A model generated the notes under the pieces. That model searched no databases. It saw nothing but the letters and a program-made list of their open reading frames with translations, and had not been told where the DNA came from. This document shows, piece after piece, positions 60,268 to 64,000 of a stretch of 64,000 bases of DNA; positions within the stretch are counted from its first letter, which is position 1; each line of letters opens with the position of its first letter. A program made the translations under genes and the position numbers. Source of the DNA: Chloroflexota bacterium (GTDB lineage Bacteria; Chloroflexota; UBA11872; VXOZ01); contig OZ219802.1 in assembly GCA_964291655.2 (NCBI GenBank), positions 1,632,001 to 1,696,000 on the forward strand, written 5' to 3'.

Positions 60268-61458
60268 GTGGTACGGCATATGCGGCGTCGTCTTGGCGCA
60301 AGTCTTCTCTTAGGGCTTTGGCTCATGCTGGGCAGCGGCTGCGCGTACACGTATGTGCCAAACGCCGAGGGTACGCCTGTGCTTACCTTGCAGGTTTCCC
60401 TTCCGCCGACACCGACTGCGCTGCCGGCCATCGGCACGCCAATTGCCCCGACGCCAACACCGACTGCGCTGCCGGCCATCGGCACGCCATTTACCCCGAC
60501 GCCAACACCGAGCCCGGTGCTAAGACGCCTCACCGCGCCCGGGTGCTGCAGCGGTATCTGGTGGTCGGACGATGGCACGCAGGTGCTCTACGTTGATAAG
60601 CCGGATGACCGCCCGGCCGCAATCTGGGGCGTGGACATCGCCACTGGAGCAGCGGCGCTGTATAGCGCAGTGGTGGGCGTGCTGCAATATAACGATCGGT
60701 ACGTTATCGCGCTGGCGCACCAAACGCCGCTGGGCGTCACCGTGCATGATCGGCAGACCGGTGAAGGTTGGGCGCTCTTTGGCGTGGGAAGCCTACCGTT
60801 CATCTCTCCCGACGGCGCTCGTATTGCGTATGATGGGCGTCCGTCGCAGCAGACGTTGTTCGCCAGTCGCCGCGAGAACCCGATTGTGGTGGCGGCGCTG
60901 GACGGCAGCAACCCGCAACATTTGACCACACTCTACGGCGTCGGCATTGTGGGTTGGTTCCCCGACGGCGCACGCTTGCTGGCGTTGGGTACACGGGACC
61001 CCGACACCGAACGCCCTACCCTTTGGCAGATCGACGCAACCAACGGCGCACTCGAGAAATTCGATGACGGCGTGCATTTGCGCAACATCTCACTCTCGCC
61101 CGACGGCGCATGGCTGGTCTTTCTCAAGGCGTTTGAGGAAGACCCGGACTTGAACACCACCTGGGCAATGAATGTAGCTACCGGCGCGCAAAAGCGGCTC
61201 GACTTCGCGGTCAGATACGCCTGGGTCGGCGCTGAGGGCGCATCGCTGCTCTACATTCCGGCGCGCGAGACGCCGGCCTCCGGCTTCGGTGTGTGGAAGC
61301 TGGACGTCGCTTCCGGCGAACGGTCTCGACTCACCGATCCGGCGCAGACGCCGCTGTTCATTGCCAACGGCGACTGGGCGCTCGCCCCCGCTGGCCAGCA
61401 CCTTGCGTTCGTCTCTGCAGAGGACTACGCCATCTGGCTGCTTGAGATGAGTCCGTGA
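60268..61458 (+). CDS. Lipoprotein with Pro/Thr linker and TolB/PD40-like propeller
   Basis: GSGC lipobox, duplicated PTPTALPAIGTP, WSDDG/SPDG repeats. Confidence 0.8.
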   Translation: MVRHMRRRLGASLLLGLWLMLGSGCAYTYVPNAEGTPVLTLQVSLPPTPTALPAIGTPIAPTPTPTALPAIGTPFTPTPTPSPVLRRLTAPGCCSGIWWSDDGTQVLYVDKPDDRPAAIWGVDIATGAAALYSAVVGVLQYNDRYVIALAHQTPLGVTVHDRQTGEGWALFGVGSLPFISPDGARIAYDGRPSQQTLFASRRENPIVVAALDGSNPQHLTTLYGVGIVGWFPDGARLLALGTRDPDTERPTLWQIDATNGALEKFDDGVHLRNISLSPDGAWLVFLKAFEEDPDLNTTWAMNVATGAQKRLDFAVRYAWVGAEGASLLYIPARETPASGFGVWKLDVASGERSRLTDPAQTPLFIANGDWALAPAGQHLAFVSAEDYAIWLLEMSP

Positions 61459-61609
61459 GCGAGGGCACCCGCTGCACGTACGGTTGCGCCAGCCCCACGA
61501 GCCTACCAAGTTCGCCAAAACCAAAAAGGAAGGAATGAGTAGAATCGGAAACTTATCTCGAGGATAAGCGAAACTTTGCTCATAATCTCCTTAATGAGGC
61601 TCCTCAATC

Positions 61610-61700
61610 TGTCATTCTGAGGAGCGCAGTGACGAAGAACCTCGTTTGTGGAGGATTCTAGGTTCCGCGAACCCTGTTCGACGCTCCGCTCGGAATGACA
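61610..61700. repeat. GTCATTC...GGAATGAC inverted REP doublet without MITE ends
   Basis: TGTCATTCTGAGGAGCGCAG...CGCTCCGCTCGGAATGACA. Confidence 0.75.
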
Positions 61701-61789
61701 TGAAAGCCAGCCCAACGTGGGAGTCCAGTCTAATACAACCAATTCTGAAGAAGGAAACGCTTGCGGCCGCGCGGAGCGGGGTTCTTGCT

Positions 61790-62257
61790 ATGCGACGATT
61801 CACCCTTGAGACAAGCCTCTGGCTGCCGCAGCCGGTAGAGGAGGTATTTTCCTTCTTCGCCGATGCGGCAAACCTGGAAAGCCTCACGCCGCCGTGGCTG
61901 CGGTTTGAGATCCAAACGCCCCTGCCGATTGCAATGGCGGCCGGCTCCCGCATCGACTATCGGCTGCGGTATCGCGGGTTCCCCCTGCGCTGGCGCACTG
62001 CAATCCAGGCCTGGGAGCCGCCGCACCGGTTCGTTGACTGCCAAGTCAAAGGACCCTATCGCCGCTGGGTGCATGAGCACGTGTTCGTAGAGCAAGACGG
62101 CGGGACTTTCGCGACGGACAACGTGGAGTACGCCCTGCTGGGCGGTGCGATTACCAATGCTCTGCTCGTTGGCCGGGACTTAGAGAGAATCTTCGCCTAC
62201 CGGCGGCAGCGAATGCTGGCGATCTTCGGCGGCACTGCCGAGGATTGCCGCTCGTAA
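61790..62257 (+). CDS. SRPBCC family protein
   Basis: VFSFFADAANLESLTPPW, IDYRL, FVDCQVKGPYRRWVHEH, IFAYR. Confidence 0.88.
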   Translation: MRRFTLETSLWLPQPVEEVFSFFADAANLESLTPPWLRFEIQTPLPIAMAAGSRIDYRLRYRGFPLRWRTAIQAWEPPHRFVDCQVKGPYRRWVHEHVFVEQDGGTFATDNVEYALLGGAITNALLVGRDLERIFAYRRQRMLAIFGGTAEDCRS

Positions 62258-62273
62258 CGCGCGCTGGAAATCG

Positions 62274-62849
62274 CTAGTCCGACCCTCTATCCCGCGCATG
62301 ACCCCGTGTGGCGGCGGCGAGATACGCCTGGTCCAACGGTCTCAGATTCAAGTCCTCAAGCTTCGCGAGCGGAACGAACTCGGCCGAGATTTGGTATTCA
62401 TCCGGCTTTTGCGGCACGGCGCAGTTGCTGTGGGAGTGGGATCGAAAGACCACCCAGAAGAAGTCGGGATACGGGTACGCGTATTGCGGAGGTCTTGGCG
62501 TTTGGTGCCGGAGATGCACAAATCCCAAGCGGTGGATGTCCCTGATTTGAACGCCGGCTTCCTCGCGTATCTCACGATGCAGCGCGTCCAGCAGCGTCTC
62601 TCCAGCTTCCAGCCTGCCGCCCGGCAGGACTCGCGCTCCATCCCTATTGCGCATCAACAGGACGCTGTCATCGTGGAATACGAGTGACCGCACGGACGTT
62701 ATGTAGTCCGGCGGCGGCAACTCGTGCGTGACATAGGCAGAGGCAACCAGCTTGATCTCGCCGCCGTGCCAGTCCAAATGCTCGGTTGCAACAGCAATGT
62801 GGCAGCTGAGGAAAGCGGCAACATCGGAGCTTGAACTATCACAAAGCAC
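62274..62849 (-). CDS. NUDIX hydrolase
   Basis: PGGRLEAGETLLDALHREIREEAG Nudix box; start uncertain. Confidence 0.88.
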   Translation of the reverse strand: MLCDSSSSDVAAFLSCHIAVATEHLDWHGGEIKLVASAYVTHELPPPDYITSVRSLVFHDDSVLLMRNRDGARVLPGGRLEAGETLLDALHREIREEAGVQIRDIHRLGFVHLRHQTPRPPQYAYPYPDFFWVVFRSHSHSNCAVPQKPDEYQISAEFVPLAKLEDLNLRPLDQAYLAAATRGHARDRGSD

Positions 62850-63273
62850 ATTCGCCCCCGTGCTGGAGTCTCTCGGTAGGATACGCCGGAACTGCCAAGA
62901 ATCACGTAATGCTCAACGTGTAGAGTGCGTGCGCCTAGCAGTACGCCATTTACCCTTCGACTGAGCTCAGGGCGAACGGCGCGGTGTGGAAACTAGCTAG
63001 CATGACGTAGCAATCAAGCGAATCTTGACGTAGCGCGGGGGCTTGTCCCCCAATGCTGTCGCATTAGCCGCCGGGGTGAAAAACATGAGGTTGTCGGTGC
63101 CCTACCCGGTAGCGCGGGCCCTTCGACAGAGCCTGTGCTGAGACTGCCGAAGTTCTCAGGTCACGTTTGCAGCCCCGTATCAAGTACGGGGCAGGCGCTG
63201 CGTCTGTGTCCTTATGTTAGGGACGCAGTCTCTATTGTTGCATGACTCTCTTCCTTGCCGCTACGCTGCATTT

Positions 63274-63496
63274 CCCCCTCACCCCGGCCCTCTCGCCCCC
63301 TGAAGACCCTTGCATAACCCATGCCGGCGCGGGAATGTCCCCTCTCCCGGCGGGAGAGGGTTAGGGTGAGGGGGAGATTTCCACATTCTGGGAGCTACTT
63401 TCCGTTATTGCACTTTTGCGTATCGGTCTTGCTGGTAGAAAGGATTGGTAAGCAGAAATCCCCTCACCCCGGCCCTCTCCCCAAGGAGAGGGAGTA
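63274..63496. repeat. Cluster of CCCTCACCCC/CCCTCTCC...GGAGAGGG REP palindromes (family also at 3100-3340, 8760-9160, 11510-12090, 48053-48107)
   Basis: Repeated CCCTCACCCCGGCCCTCTCC...GGGAGAGGG motifs. Confidence 0.75.
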
Positions 63497-63724
63497 ATTC
63501 ACGCCTCTGGAGGAGAAAAAATACGCGTTCCCTATGCCCGTAAGGAATGCATAGCGATTCCTTCTACTTTTAGTGCAACTATATTGGGGCCTGTCCCCTG
63601 CTTCTTCACGCTGCAGCATAGTACACCGTGCAGGGCGACTTGATGTCCCGCAAAGGCACGTACGTAGGCAAAGAGCAGTGCCACTCAGGACCGGCCACGC
63701 TCGTTACACCTCGGTTGGCATCAC

Positions 63725-64000
63725 CTACGAGATATTGTGAATGTCCTGCCACTCGGTATGGAACGCGCCCTCCATGTCCACACGCTGGTACGTATGCGCG
63801 CCGAAATAGTCGCGCTGGGCTTGCACAAGGTTAGCGGGCAGCCGCGCCGTGCGGTAGCCCTCGATGTAGTTGAGCGCGGCGCTCATCGCCGGAGTGGGCA
63901 AGCCTTCGGAGACCGCTTGCGCTACGATGCGGCGCAGGCCGGGTGTACGCTCCCTGACGTCAGTTGCAAACGGCTCCGCCAGCATGAGATTAGGCAGGTC
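63725..64000 (-). CDS. gnd: 6-phosphogluconate dehydrogenase, C-terminal part (5' end outside the window)
   Basis: LPANLVQAQRDYFGAHTYQRVD...FHTEW. Confidence 0.95.
   Translation of the reverse strand, partial: DLPNLMLAEPFATDVRERTPGLRRIVAQAVSEGLPTPAMSAALNYIEGYRTARLPANLVQAQRDYFGAHTYQRVDMEGAFHTEWQDIHNIS

Overview
GC-rich bacterial chromosomal window. A monoderm Chloroflexota-like host is inferred from gene content, Tat/Sec lipoproteins and sigma-A promoters; this is not proven. Housekeeping genes (groES plus a divergent groEL, coaX/coaBC, polA, pstSCAB, hflX, partial gnd) alternate with catabolic enzymes (sulfatase, two UxuA-family dehydratases, GH106, HpcH aldolase, tandem Gfo/Idh/MocA, SDRs, peptidases) and toxin-like loci (RHH-Doc pair, class II Fic, orphan antitoxin, NYN nuclease). 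Intergenic DNA is crowded with palindromic REP families, a REP-associated tyrosine transposase (RAYT), and three families of non-autonomous MITEs that insert into REP hairpins and nest inside one another. The strongest unexplained signals are: (i) a compact ~140-nt minus-strand transcript beside the Doc toxin, with a 14-nt anti-SD complement, a 15-aa ORF, a hairpin and a terminator; (ii) a two-hairpin leader RNA in front of a zinc-ribbon NYN RNase; (iii) REP-loop-targeting MITEs whose duplication follows the hairpin loop. No rRNA, tRNA or CRISPR array was recognised. All calls were made by eye, without database searches.
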